Below, piece by piece: positions 24,471 to 33,513 of a stretch of DNA of 44,559 bases (position 1 is the first letter of the stretch; each line of letters starts with the position of its first letter). Made by a program: the position numbers and the translations under genes. Origin of the DNA: Gammaproteobacteria bacterium (GTDB lineage: Bacteria > Pseudomonadota > Gammaproteobacteria > Burkholderiales > SG8-39); the NCBI GenBank assembly GCA_041488375.1, contig JBGPPD010000003.1:1-44559 (forward strand), written 5' to 3'. The notes under the pieces are model-generated. The model ran no database searches and was not told the DNA's origin. It worked only from the letters and a program-made list of their open reading frames with translations.

Positions 24471-25676
24471 TCAGCGAAACCGGTGCCGCAAGCGCACCGG
24501 CTCGCCGGAGCGCACTTCGACTCGCTGGGTGTAGGTGGGAAAGGCGGTATTGCGGACTTCGACGGTGTGCGCTCCGGGAGGCAATTCGAGCGAGCGCAGC
24601 GGCGGACTGACGCCGCGGCTGCGGCCATCCACGAACACTTCGCCCCACGGCAGGATGGCGAGCTGGATCACGCCCGCGGCGACCACCGGGGCCGGGGCGG
24701 GCGCGCTCTCCGGTTTGGCCGCCGCCACCGCCTGGACGCGAGGCGCCTTGGCGGCGGGTTTTTTCTTCGGCGCCGGCGCGGGTGCCGCTTTCGGCGGCGC
24801 GGCCGCCGGCTCGGGCTTGGCGGCGGCGAGCACTTCGGCCTTGGGCGCCGGCACGGGCTCGACCTTTGCCGCGGCCACGGGCTTGTCGAGGACCGGCGCT
24901 GGCTTCGCGACCGCCCTCGCCGCGGCGCCGGGGACTGCCGCGGGCTGCAGCGGCGGGCGCATCTGGGCGCGCACGGCGACGCCGCCGCCCACCAGCAGCG
25001 CGAACGCCAGCGGCGCACCGAGCAGCGCCATGCGGTGCAGGCCGAAGGGGCGCGCGTCGGTGAGTTCGCCGATGAAGCGCGGCGCGGCGCCGCGCGGGGC
25101 CACGCGCAGCGAGCCGGTCTCGAGCACGCGGCGGGCGGCGTCGGTGCCGATGCCGACCGAGTACACCTCGTGCTCGCGCACATGCTTGTCGGTACGCGCG
25201 CCGACGTAGCTGAACAGGCTGGCGTAGTCCAGCGACAGGCAGGACACCACCTCGTAGAAGGAGCGCGACACCAGCAGCTGGCCCGACTGCGCGAAACTCA
25301 TCACGCGCTGCGCGACGTTGATGCCGTCGCCGATGATGTTCATCTGGCCGTTGATGTCCTTCACCACGCGCACCGGGCCCAGGTTGATGCCGATGCGGAT
25401 GGCGATCGCGCCGGTGGCCTCGGCGCGCGCCGCGGCGCGCAGCGACATGGCCACGAACAGCGCGTCTTCAGGGTCGCCGAGGAAGGTGATGGCCGCCCCG
25501 TCGCCGGTATCCAGCACCACCCGGTCGCGCGCGTGCACGTTCTCCAGGGCAGAGCTGAGCAGCTTGTTGAACGCCTGTTTGAGCAGCAACTGCTCCGCCA
25601 CGGGCTTCGTCGAGTACTCGACGATGTCCAGGAACACGATGCTGCAAACCAGCGTGCGGCTTGGCTGTTCGATCAT
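24471..25676 (-). CDS. Class III adenylate/guanylate cyclase-homology domain, one TM, Pro/Ala/Lys linker, C-terminal PEGA domain
   Basis: VFLDIVEYS, DTGDGAAITF and IIGDGINVAQRV match the metal Asp, Asn and Arg positions. The TM is ALLGAPLAFALLVGGGVAV. The PEGA-like C-terminus is ILPWGEVFVDGRSRG...LPPGAHTVEV. Confidence 0.8.
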   Translation of the reverse strand: MIEQPSRTLVCSIVFLDIVEYSTKPVAEQLLLKQAFNKLLSSALENVHARDRVVLDTGDGAAITFLGDPEDALFVAMSLRAAARAEATGAIAIRIGINLGPVRVVKDINGQMNIIGDGINVAQRVMSFAQSGQLLVSRSFYEVVSCLSLDYASLFSYVGARTDKHVREHEVYSVGIGTDAARRVLETGSLRVAPRGAAPRFIGELTDARPFGLHRMALLGAPLAFALLVGGGVAVRAQMRPPLQPAAVPGAAARAVAKPAPVLDKPVAAAKVEPVPAPKAEVLAAAKPEPAAAPPKAAPAPAPKKKPAAKAPRVQAVAAAKPESAPAPAPVVAAGVIQLAILPWGEVFVDGRSRGVSPPLRSLELPPGAHTVEVRNTAFPTYTQRVEVRSGEPVRLRHRFR

Positions 25677-25714
25677 GCGTCGCGCCAGAGGCGGCGCGGG
25701 CGCCGCGGGGAGGG

Positions 25715-27793
25715 CTATTTTACGCGCATGCCCGGTTTTGCCCCCGCGTCGGGCGAAATGAGGAATATTCCCGGCTCCTCGCCAGAGGCGGCGAGGACCA
25801 TGCCTTCGGAAACTCCGAATTTCATCGTGCGCGGCGCCAGATTGGCGACCAGCACCGCGAGTTTGCCCTCCAGCCGGGCCGGGTCATAGGCCGACTTGAT
25901 GCCGGCGAACACGGTGCGCGTGCTGCCGCCGAGCTCGAGGGTGAGTTTGAGGAGTTTGTCGGCGCCTTCCACGTGCTCGGCCCTGACGATCTGCGCCACG
26001 CGCAAGTCGAGTTTATTGAAGTCGTCGATGGTGATGGCGTCGGACACGGACTTCTCCTTGGCGGCGTGCAGCTGCTGCTCGGCGTGGCGCTGCGGGGCGG
26101 TGGCTTGCGGCACGGAGGCGACGTCGAACAGGGCGTCGAGCTGCCTTGCCTCGACGCGCGACAAAAGATGGCTGTAGGGCGCGATCGCGTGGTCCTCGCC
26201 CAGGAATTTTTCCAGGTCATGCCAGGCGTAGGGTTTGACGCCCAGCAACTGCGCCGACAGTTGCGCCGTCCGCGGCAGCACCGGCGCCAGCAGGATCGCG
26301 AGGAACCGGAACGCCTCGATGGCCTCGGAGCAGACGCTGTGCAGCCGTGCGTCGTGGCCGGACTGCTTGGCCAGTTCCCAGGGCTTCTCGGCGTCCACGA
26401 ACCGGTTGACTTCGTCGGCAAGCTCCATGATGCGCCGCACCGCCTTGCCGAACTCGCGCGCCTCATAGGCCGCCGCGATCTCCGGCGCGGCGTGCCGCAC
26501 CGTCGAGGCGATGTCTGCGCCGGCCTGCTTCTTCAGCGCGACCCCCTTCAGCTTTCCGCCGAAGCGCTTGCTGATGAACGGGACGCAGCGGCTGGCGATG
26601 TTCACGAACTTGCCGACCAGATCGCTGTTGACGCGCGCCAGGAAGTCGTCGGGATTGAAATCCAGGTCCTCCACGTTGGCGTTCAGCTTGGCCGCGATGT
26701 AATAACGCAGCCACTCCGGGTTCATGCCGAGCTCGAGGTAGCGCAACGGGCTGATGCCGGTGCCGCGCGATTTGGACATCTTGTCCCCGGACACGGTGAT
26801 GAAGCCGTGCACGTAGACGTGGTCGGGCACCTTGTAGGGCTTGCCGGCGTATTCGAGCATCGCCGGCCAGAACAGGGTGTGGAAGTAGATGATGTCCTTG
26901 CCGATGAAGTGGACCTGCTCGGTGCCCGGGTCTTGCAGGAATTTCTCGAAGTCGATACCGGCCTTGGCGCAGTAGTTCTTGAAGCTGGCCAGGTAGCCGA
27001 TCGGCGCATCGAGCCAGACGTAGAGGTACTTCTCCTCCGCGATGTCGGGCACGCGGATGCCGAAGTAGGGCGGGTCGCGCGAGATGTCCCAGTCGCCCAG
27101 CGCCTTGTCGCCCTCGCCGTCCAGCCATTCCTTCGCCTTGTTCACGACCTGCGGCTGCAGGCGCCCGGGCTTTTCCAGCCAGCCCTTGAGAAAGGTCCGG
27201 CATTTCGGATCGGACAGGCGGAAGAAGTGATGCTCGGAGGTCTTCAGCACGGGCTTGGCGCCCGACAACGTCGAGTAGGGGTTCTTCAGGTCGGTCGCCG
27301 AGTAGGCGGCGCTGCAGTTCTCGCAGGCATCGCCGTACTGGTCCTTTGCGCCGCAGTTCGGGCACTCGCCCTTGATGTAGCGGTCCGCCAGGAACATGCT
27401 CTTCACCGGGTCGTAGAACTGCTCGACCGGCTTGGTGTAGACGAGCCCCGCTTTCTTCAGGCGCCGGTAGATGTCCTGCGACAACCCGGTGTTTTCCGGC
27501 GAATGCGTCGAGTGCCAGTTGTCAAAGGCGATGTGGAAGCCGTCGAGGTACTGCCGGCGCCCCCGCGCGATCTCGGCGACGAAGGCCTCGGGCGCCTTGC
27601 CGGCTTTCTCCGCGGCGAGCATGATCGGCGCGCCGTGCGCGTCGTCGGCGCCGACGAAATGCACCACGTGGCCTTGCATGCGCTGGAATCGCACCCAGAT
27701 GTCGGCCTGGATGTACTCCATGATGTGGCCGATGTGGAACGCGCCGTTGGCGTAGGGCAGCGCGGTGGTGACGAACAGCCTGCGTTGCGGCAT
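25715..27793 (-). CDS. metG: Methionine--tRNA ligase
   Basis: [13 protein letters not shown] (HIGH) and KMSKSRG (KMSKS) motifs, with a C-terminal tRNA-binding domain. 692 aa. Confidence 0.97.
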   Translation of the reverse strand: MPQRRLFVTTALPYANGAFHIGHIMEYIQADIWVRFQRMQGHVVHFVGADDAHGAPIMLAAEKAGKAPEAFVAEIARGRRQYLDGFHIAFDNWHSTHSPENTGLSQDIYRRLKKAGLVYTKPVEQFYDPVKSMFLADRYIKGECPNCGAKDQYGDACENCSAAYSATDLKNPYSTLSGAKPVLKTSEHHFFRLSDPKCRTFLKGWLEKPGRLQPQVVNKAKEWLDGEGDKALGDWDISRDPPYFGIRVPDIAEEKYLYVWLDAPIGYLASFKNYCAKAGIDFEKFLQDPGTEQVHFIGKDIIYFHTLFWPAMLEYAGKPYKVPDHVYVHGFITVSGDKMSKSRGTGISPLRYLELGMNPEWLRYYIAAKLNANVEDLDFNPDDFLARVNSDLVGKFVNIASRCVPFISKRFGGKLKGVALKKQAGADIASTVRHAAPEIAAAYEAREFGKAVRRIMELADEVNRFVDAEKPWELAKQSGHDARLHSVCSEAIEAFRFLAILLAPVLPRTAQLSAQLLGVKPYAWHDLEKFLGEDHAIAPYSHLLSRVEARQLDALFDVASVPQATAPQRHAEQQLHAAKEKSVSDAITIDDFNKLDLRVAQIVRAEHVEGADKLLKLTLELGGSTRTVFAGIKSAYDPARLEGKLAVLVANLAPRTMKFGVSEGMVLAASGEEPGIFLISPDAGAKPGMRVK

Positions 27794-27836
27794 TGCTGAC
27801 CCGAGGAAAACGCGGATTTTAGCTTACACTTGCGCC

Positions 27837-28922
27837 ATGTCCCTGAGTGATCCCGACGTCCGCTCGCTGCTCTCAAAACTGATCGACCCGAACACCGGCA
27901 AGGACTACGTCAGCACGCGCTCGGTGAAGAGCCTCAAGCTGGCCGGGGCCGACGTGCAGCTGGAGATCGAACTGGGGTATCCGGGCAAGAGCCAGTTCGA
28001 GCCGATCCGCCGCGAGATCACCTCGGCGCTGAAGAAGGCGGGCGCCGGCAACGTCGCGGTGAGCGTCGCCTCCAAGGTGGTGGCGCATTCGGTGCAGCGT
28101 GGCGTGAAGCTGGTGCCGGGCATCAAGAACATCATCGCGGTGGCCTCCGGCAAGGGCGGCGTGGGCAAGAGCACCACCGCGGTGAACCTCGCGCTGGCGC
28201 TCTCCGCCGAGGGCGCCTCGGTCGGCATCCTCGACGCGGATATCTACGGCCCGTCGCAGCCGATGATGCTCGGCATCGCCGGGCGGCCCGAGTCGAAGGA
28301 CGGCAAGGGGCTCGAGCCGATGATGGGGCACGGCTTGCAGGCGATCTCGATCGGTTTCCTCATCGACATGGACACGCCGATGGTCTGGCGCGGCCCGATG
28401 GTCACACAGGCGCTCGAGCAGCTGCTGAAGGACACGCGCTGGCGCGAGCTCGACTACCTGGTGGTGGACCTGCCGCCGGGCACCGGCGATATCCAGCTCA
28501 CCCTGGCGCAGAAAGTGCCGGTGACCGGCGCCGTGATCGTCACCACGCCGCAGGACATTGCGCTGATCGACGCGCGCAAGGGCCTCAAGATGTTCGAGAA
28601 GGTGGGCATTCCGATTCTGGGCGTGGTGGAGAACATGTCGATCCACGTCTGTCCCAAGTGCGGCCACGAGAGCCACATCTTCGGCAGCGGCGGCGCCGCG
28701 CGCATGAGCAAGGACTACGGCACCGAGCTGCTCGGCCAGCTGCCGCTGGACGAATCGATCCGCGAGCAGGCCGATTCCGGCAAGCCGACCGTGGTGGCGG
28801 ACCCCGACGGCAAGGCGGCGGAGATTTACCGGCGCATCGCGCGCCGCTGCGCCGTGAAGATCGCCGAGTCGCAGAAGGACATGACGGGGAAATTCCCCAA
28901 CATCGTGGTGCAGAACACGTGA
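27837..28922 (+). CDS. apbC: Iron-sulfur cluster carrier ATPase (Mrp/ApbC)
   Basis: ATG at 27837. [21 protein letters not shown] deviant Walker A and CPKCGH motif. Confidence 0.93.
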   Translation: MSLSDPDVRSLLSKLIDPNTGKDYVSTRSVKSLKLAGADVQLEIELGYPGKSQFEPIRREITSALKKAGAGNVAVSVASKVVAHSVQRGVKLVPGIKNIIAVASGKGGVGKSTTAVNLALALSAEGASVGILDADIYGPSQPMMLGIAGRPESKDGKGLEPMMGHGLQAISIGFLIDMDTPMVWRGPMVTQALEQLLKDTRWRELDYLVVDLPPGTGDIQLTLAQKVPVTGAVIVTTPQDIALIDARKGLKMFEKVGIPILGVVENMSIHVCPKCGHESHIFGSGGAARMSKDYGTELLGQLPLDESIREQADSGKPTVVADPDGKAAEIYRRIARRCAVKIAESQKDMTGKFPNIVVQNT

Positions 28923-29482
28923 GCGTCAAGTCGGACAAGTGGATCCGCCGCATGGCGGCGCAGGGCATGATCGAGCCCTTCGAAGCCGGCCAGGTGAAGG
29001 AGGTCGCCGGCAAGCGCGTGGTGTCCTACGGCACCTCCAGCTACGGCTACGACATCCGCTGCTCGGACGAATTCAAGATCTTCACCAACATCAATTCGAC
29101 CATCGTCGACCCGAAGGCTTTCGACGCCAAGTCCTTTGTGGATTTCAAGGGCGAGGTGTGCATCATTCCGCCCAACTCGTTCGCGCTCGCGCGCACCGTC
29201 GAGTACTTCCGCATCCCGCGCAGCGTGCTCACCATCTGCCTGGGCAAGTCCACCTATGCGCGCTGCGGCATCATCGTCAACGTGACGCCGCTCGAGCCCG
29301 AGTGGCAGGGCCACGTGACGCTCGAGTTCTCCAACACCACGCCGCTGCCGGCGAAGATCTACGCCGGCGAGGGCTGCGCGCAGGTGATCTTCCTGGAGTC
29401 GGACGAGGTTTGCGAAACCTCCTATCGCGATCGCGGCGGCAAGTACCAGGGCCAGCAGGGCGTGACGCTGCCGCGCATTTGA
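28919..29482 (+). CDS. dcd: dCTP deaminase
   Basis: GTG at 28919 (GTGA overlap with apbC). SDKWIRRMA...SSYGYDIRC...[10 protein letters not shown]. 187 aa. Confidence 0.93.
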   Translation: MSVKSDKWIRRMAAQGMIEPFEAGQVKEVAGKRVVSYGTSSYGYDIRCSDEFKIFTNINSTIVDPKAFDAKSFVDFKGEVCIIPPNSFALARTVEYFRIPRSVLTICLGKSTYARCGIIVNVTPLEPEWQGHVTLEFSNTTPLPAKIYAGEGCAQVIFLESDEVCETSYRDRGGKYQGQQGVTLPRI

Positions 29483-29592
29483 TCCGCGATCCCTAGTACC
29501 GCGGACGGTTAGCGTACCTACCTATAGTAGTTTCTCAGCGCCGGCAGCCGCCGGCCCCCAGTGGCGCGCTGCCAATGCCCGTCACAAAGCCC

Positions 29593-29620
29593 TTGACTGC
29601 CGGGGGGGCATCCCTATAAT
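29593..29620 (+). promoter_or_regulatory. Predicted sigma70 promoter (TTGACT, 16-nt spacer, TATAAT)
   Basis: TTGACT at 29593-29598 and a perfect TATAAT at 29615-29620, in a locally lower-GC intergenic region 140 nt upstream of the decarboxylase ATG. Confidence 0.5.
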
Positions 29621-29674
29621 CGCCCCAAGATTTCGCTGTCGGCTCAACGAACTATGGAGAAAGGGGACGTCATC

Positions 29675-29740
29675 ATGACAAGCCAAGGGAACTCGTGCCC
29701 GGTGTACGACGTCGTGGTTCGCGACATTCCTGAGACCTAG
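29675..29740 (+). CDS. Candidate leader peptide/uORF (21 aa MTSQGNSCPVYDVVVRDIPET; 28 aa if started at ATG 29654)
   Basis: ATG 29675 follows AAGGGGA by 7 nt. The TAG at 29738-29740 ends 9 nt before the decarboxylase Shine-Dalgarno (GGAG 29750-29753). Sequence-only prediction. Confidence 0.25.
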   Translation: MTSQGNSCPVYDVVVRDIPET

Positions 29741-29760
29741 AGACACCTTGGAGAACGTTG

Positions 29761-30963
29761 ATGGGCGATCGCCCCAGTAGCCTCGTACGCAACAGACTGC
29801 AGTCCGCGCTTCCGCAAGAACAACTCTTCGACACGCACCCCGAAGTCAGCCTCGACTTCGAGATCGTGCGCCAGGCCGCCCGGCAGGAATACTCGCGGCC
29901 GTTCCTGATCATCGATACCGCCATCGTGCGCGAAAAGCTGCGCCGCTTCCGCGCGGCCATGCCGCGCGTGCGCCCGCACTACGCCGTGAAGGCCAATCCG
30001 GACCGGCGCGTGGTGAAGGCGCTGGCGCAGGAGGGCGCCGGCTTCGAGATCGCCTCGACTGCCGAGCTGGACCTGCTGCTGTCTCTCGGCGTGCCCGCCG
30101 GCGAGGTGTTTTTCTCCAACCCGATGCGCTCGCGCGAGGCCGACAGCTACGCCGCCGCCAAGGGCGTACGCTGGTTCGTCATCGACAGCGTGGATGAACT
30201 GCGCCGCATGCATGGGGTCGATCCGACTGCGCAGCTCTACCTGCGCATCGCCACGCCGAACATCGGCAGCGACTGGCCGCTGTCCGGCAAGTTTGGCGCG
30301 GGTGCCGGGGATACGCGCGAAATCATCGCCACCGCGACCAAACTGGGCGCAGATCTGGCGGGCGTCACCTTCCACGCCGGCTCGCAGTGCCGCAACCCGG
30401 AGAACTGGCGGGTCGGCATCGAAAAAGCGCGTACGCTGTTCGACGCCATGACCAAGGCCGGCCTCAAGCCGCGCCTGCTGGACATCGGCGGAGGCTTCCC
30501 GGTACGCCACGTCAAGCCGATCCCCTGCATCGAGGTAATCGGCGAAGTGGTCAACGAGGCGCTGAAGGCCTTCCCTGAGGATGTGCAGGTGATCGCCGAA
30601 CCCGGCCGCTACCTGGTGTCCGATGCGGGATACTTCGTGTGCCGCGTGCTCGGCACCGCGACGCGCGGCGGCAAGCGCTGGATACACTGGGACGCCGGCC
30701 TGTTCGGGGGCGTGATCGAGACCACGGAGGGCCTGAAATACAAGATCCGCACCGACCGCTCGGGGCCGGACATCGCCTGGAACGTCGCCGGGCCGACTTG
30801 CGATTCGGTCGACGTGGTGATGCGCGAGGAGCCGCTGCCTTCGGACCTGCAGGAAGGCGACTTCATCTACCTCCGCAACGCCGGCGCCTACACCACGGCC
30901 TACGCCAGCGAGTTCAACGGCTTCCCGCTGCCGGAAGTGCGCGTTTTCGAGTCGAAGCGGTAG
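29761..30963 (+). CDS. Fold-III (alanine racemase-fold) PLP-dependent ornithine/lysine decarboxylase
   Basis: PHYAVKANP (PLP Lys), DIGGGFP, GPTCDSVD and GAYTTAYASEFNGF motifs. ATG at 29761 with GGAG 7 nt upstream; the track starts at TTG 29758. Confidence 0.85.
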   Translation: MGDRPSSLVRNRLQSALPQEQLFDTHPEVSLDFEIVRQAARQEYSRPFLIIDTAIVREKLRRFRAAMPRVRPHYAVKANPDRRVVKALAQEGAGFEIASTAELDLLLSLGVPAGEVFFSNPMRSREADSYAAAKGVRWFVIDSVDELRRMHGVDPTAQLYLRIATPNIGSDWPLSGKFGAGAGDTREIIATATKLGADLAGVTFHAGSQCRNPENWRVGIEKARTLFDAMTKAGLKPRLLDIGGGFPVRHVKPIPCIEVIGEVVNEALKAFPEDVQVIAEPGRYLVSDAGYFVCRVLGTATRGGKRWIHWDAGLFGGVIETTEGLKYKIRTDRSGPDIAWNVAGPTCDSVDVVMREEPLPSDLQEGDFIYLRNAGAYTTAYASEFNGFPLPEVRVFESKR

Positions 30964-30983
30964 GGTGGGCCGGCCCACCCTAC
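30960..30983. terminator. 24-nt perfect palindrome between convergent genes (possible bidirectional terminator)
   Basis: GTAGGGTGGGCC|GGCCCACCCTAC. The arms contain the TAG of the decarboxylase (30961-30963) and the TAG of folA (complement of 30980-30982). The flanking U-tracts are weak. Confidence 0.45.
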
Positions 30984-31489
30984 GCTTTCTCGTACAGCAC
31001 GAAATCGAACCGCAGGCCGTCGGCGCCGGTCTGCGGTATTCTCTGCGTCTCGCGCCAGGCGGCGCGGTCATAGTCCGGAAAGCGCGCGTCCCCGGCATAG
31101 TCGCGCTGGATCTCGGTGAGCACCAGGCCGTCGGCCAACCGCAGCGCCTCGGCATAGAGTTCCCCGCCGCCGATCACGAATACCAGCGCCTCGCCGGCGC
31201 ATAGCGCGAGCGCGGCAGCGAGCGAGGAGGCGACGCTGGCGTCGCGCGCCTCATAGGCCGGCGCGCGGGTGACGACGATGTTCTCGCGCCCGGGCAGGGC
31301 CTTGCCCAGGGACTCCCAGGTCTTGCGGCCCATGATCACCGGGTGGCCAAGGGTGAGCGCCTTGAAGTGCTTCAGGTCCTCCGGCAGGTGCCAAGGCAGC
31401 TTGCCGTTCGCGCCGATGATGCCGTTGGCGGCCACGGCCGCGACTAAATACACACGTGGCCTGGCGGAGTCGGCTGCGCCCTGTGACAT
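30980..31489 (-). CDS. folA: Dihydrofolate reductase
   Basis: ATG at 31489. VAANGIIGANGKLPWHLPEDLKHFKALTLGHPVIMGRKTWESL is the DHFR signature. Confidence 0.9.
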   Translation of the reverse strand: MSQGAADSARPRVYLVAAVAANGIIGANGKLPWHLPEDLKHFKALTLGHPVIMGRKTWESLGKALPGRENIVVTRAPAYEARDASVASSLAAALALCAGEALVFVIGGGELYAEALRLADGLVLTEIQRDYAGDARFPDYDRAAWRETQRIPQTGADGLRFDFVLYEKA

Positions 31490-31530
31490 ATGGCCCGTCC
31501 TAACATTGTTTAACGTGAGATTATAGGCAG

Positions 31531-33012
31531 ATGGCACCTCAGGACACCTCCCCGAGGGCGGCCCTGCGCTTTCCGCGTTCCTTCCTCGGCTTGCTGGTGA
31601 CGGGATTTCTTCTGGTCGCGACGCCGCTCGCCGGTGCGTTGCTTTACTCGGCGTGGAATACGCAGCACCTCGCCGAACAGAGCCGCAGCGCGGTGTACAA
31701 CGCCGCGCAGGCGGCGCGCCGCAGCCGCGCGCTGGTCAATCGTATCGGCTCGATCGAGCGGCTCGCGCAGCAGGTCGCCGTGCTGCCCGATGCGGAGCTG
31801 GTGCAGGACTACGAGCGCCTGCACCAGGGCTTCCGGCAGCTGTCGCAGGATCTGGCGCGGCTGCCGCTCGATGGCGAGCAGATCCTGGCGCTACGCCGCA
31901 CCATGGGACAGGAGCAGGCGCTGTACGAATTGCTGGCCCCGGCGGCCACGGCGCCGCCGGATGCGAACGCGGTGGCGGCGCGGGTGGCCGAACTGGCCGA
32001 GAGCGCCCACGAGGTGCTCTCCATCAGCTACCTCGTCGCCGACCGCGAGGTGGAGCGCCTGCGCGCGGCGGCGGAGTCGGTGCAGCGCCGGCTGCTGCAG
32101 CTAGTCCTCGCCACCATCGCCGTGGCGCTCGTCATCGCGCTGGCGCTGACACGCGTGATCGCGCGCCCGATCGCCGAGCTCGACGCCTCGATCCGCCAGC
32201 TCGGCGGCGCCGACTTCGCCCAGCCGATCCGGGTCAGCGGCCCGCAGGACCTGCGTGACCTCGGCGAGCGGCTGGACTGGCTGCGGCGCCGGCTGACGGA
32301 ACTGGAGGCGCAGAAGAACCGATTCCTGCGGCACCTGTCTCACGAACTCAAGACGCCCCTCGCCTCGCTGCGCGAGGGGGCGGAGTTGCTCAACGACCAG
32401 GTCGCCGGTCCGCTCGCGCCGCCGCAGCGCGCAGTGGTCGGCATCATGCGCGATAACAGCGTGAAGCTGCAGAAGCTGATCGAGGAATTGCTGGACTACC
32501 AGCGCGCATTGCATGCCGCCGCCTCCCTGGAAGTGAGGCCGGTGCAGCTCGACGCGCTGGTGCGCGAGGTGGCCGAGGCGCACCGGCTGTCCTCGCTCGC
32601 CAAGGAGCAGCGTGTGGTGCTGGAGCTCACGCCGGTGGCGGTGGACGCCGATGCGGAGAAGCTGCGCTCCATCGTCGATAACCTGCTCGGCAATGCCATC
32701 AAGTTCACGCCGCCCGGCGGCACCATCTCGGTGCTGGCGCGCGAGTCGGACGGCCGCGTCACCATCGAGGTGATCGACTCCGGACCGGGGGTGCCGCTGG
32801 AGGAGCGCGAGGCGGTGTTTGAATCCTTTTTCCGCGGCCGCGCCAAGGCCGGCGGGCGCGTGGCGGGCAGCGGATTGGGCCTGGCCATCGCGCGCGAGTT
32901 CGCCGAGGCGCACGGCGGGCGCATTTCCCTGGTCGCCGGCGGACCGGGCGGACACTTCCGGGTGACGCTTCCCAAGCGGCCCGAACCCCTTGTGATGGCG
33001 GAGGCTGCATGA
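31531..33012 (+). CDS. Sensor histidine kinase (2 TM, HAMP, HisKA, HATPase; GlrK/QseE-like by context)
   Basis: H-box FLRHLSHELKTPLASL, N-box DNLLGNAIKFTP, G-boxes DSGPGV and GSGLGLAI. Two hydrophobic segments flank a ~150-aa periplasmic region. Confidence 0.85.
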   Translation: MAPQDTSPRAALRFPRSFLGLLVTGFLLVATPLAGALLYSAWNTQHLAEQSRSAVYNAAQAARRSRALVNRIGSIERLAQQVAVLPDAELVQDYERLHQGFRQLSQDLARLPLDGEQILALRRTMGQEQALYELLAPAATAPPDANAVAARVAELAESAHEVLSISYLVADREVERLRAAAESVQRRLLQLVLATIAVALVIALALTRVIARPIAELDASIRQLGGADFAQPIRVSGPQDLRDLGERLDWLRRRLTELEAQKNRFLRHLSHELKTPLASLREGAELLNDQVAGPLAPPQRAVVGIMRDNSVKLQKLIEELLDYQRALHAAASLEVRPVQLDALVREVAEAHRLSSLAKEQRVVLELTPVAVDADAEKLRSIVDNLLGNAIKFTPPGGTISVLARESDGRVTIEVIDSGPGVPLEEREAVFESFFRGRAKAGGRVAGSGLGLAIAREFAEAHGGRISLVAGGPGGHFRVTLPKRPEPLVMAEAA

Positions 33013-33509
33013 GGTTGGCGGCTGGACTGTTGGTCCTCCTGGTGGCGGGCTGCGCGGCATTGCATCCCGGTGCCGGCGAATCGGTGCAGGTGAGCGAGAT
33101 CGTCGGTGCGGCCGTGGCCGCATCGCGCGCCACGCCCGAGGAACAGCGCCGGCAATTGAACCACGCGCAGCAGATGTTCGCCGCGGTGCAGGACGATTTG
33201 AACCGGGTGCGCCTCGCGACCCTGCTGGCGACGTTGCCGGCGCCCTTGCGCGACGACGCGCGCGCCGCGGCCTTGCTCGAGCCGCTCGCCGCGCGCCGCC
33301 CGGAAACGCCGCTGGTGCAGTTTGCAGGCCTGCTGGCTGCGGGCAGCACCGAGCGCCAGAGAATTGCGCGCGATCTGCGCGCCGCCGAACGGCGCGAAGA
33401 GGCCGCGGAAGAGCGCGCCGGCACCCTGCGTCAGCAGGTGGACGCGCTGAAATCGATCGAACGCGGCATCCTCGAGCGCGAGGAGCGACGCCGCACCACG
33501 AACAGGTGA
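33009..33509 (+). CDS. Lipoprotein with charged coiled-coil C-terminus (YfhG/QseG-like by position)
   Basis: ATGA overlap with the kinase stop. Lipobox LVAGC. The C-terminus is RDLRAAERREEAAEERAGTLRQQVDALKSIERGILEREERRR. Confidence 0.65.
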   Translation: MRLAAGLLVLLVAGCAALHPGAGESVQVSEIVGAAVAASRATPEEQRRQLNHAQQMFAAVQDDLNRVRLATLLATLPAPLRDDARAAALLEPLAARRPETPLVQFAGLLAAGSTERQRIARDLRAAERREEAAEERAGTLRQQVDALKSIERGILEREERRRTTNR

Positions 33510-33513
33510 ACCC

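Noticed and set aside
22781-25676. Interpreting the kinase plus lipoprotein as a T6SS TagQ/PpkA-type threonine-phosphorylation module
   Set aside because: The window contains no FHA protein, PP2C phosphatase, TagR/S/T or any T6SS structural gene. The kinase is physically coupled to the respiratory-type cluster instead.
25661-27799. 712-aa plus-strand ORF
   Set aside because: It is antisense to metG and has no motifs.
29483-29760. A possible tRNA, sRNA or riboswitch in the largest intergenic region
   Set aside because: I could find no cloverleaf or T-loop (GGTTCGAnTCC-like) sequence and no riboswitch core I recognise. The hairpins at 29487-29509 and 29541-29556 are short and lack U-tracts. 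Only the promoter and uORF are reported, at low confidence.
29737-31155. 472-aa minus-strand ORF
   Set aside because: It is antisense to the PLP decarboxylase and runs across the folA 3' end. It has no motifs.
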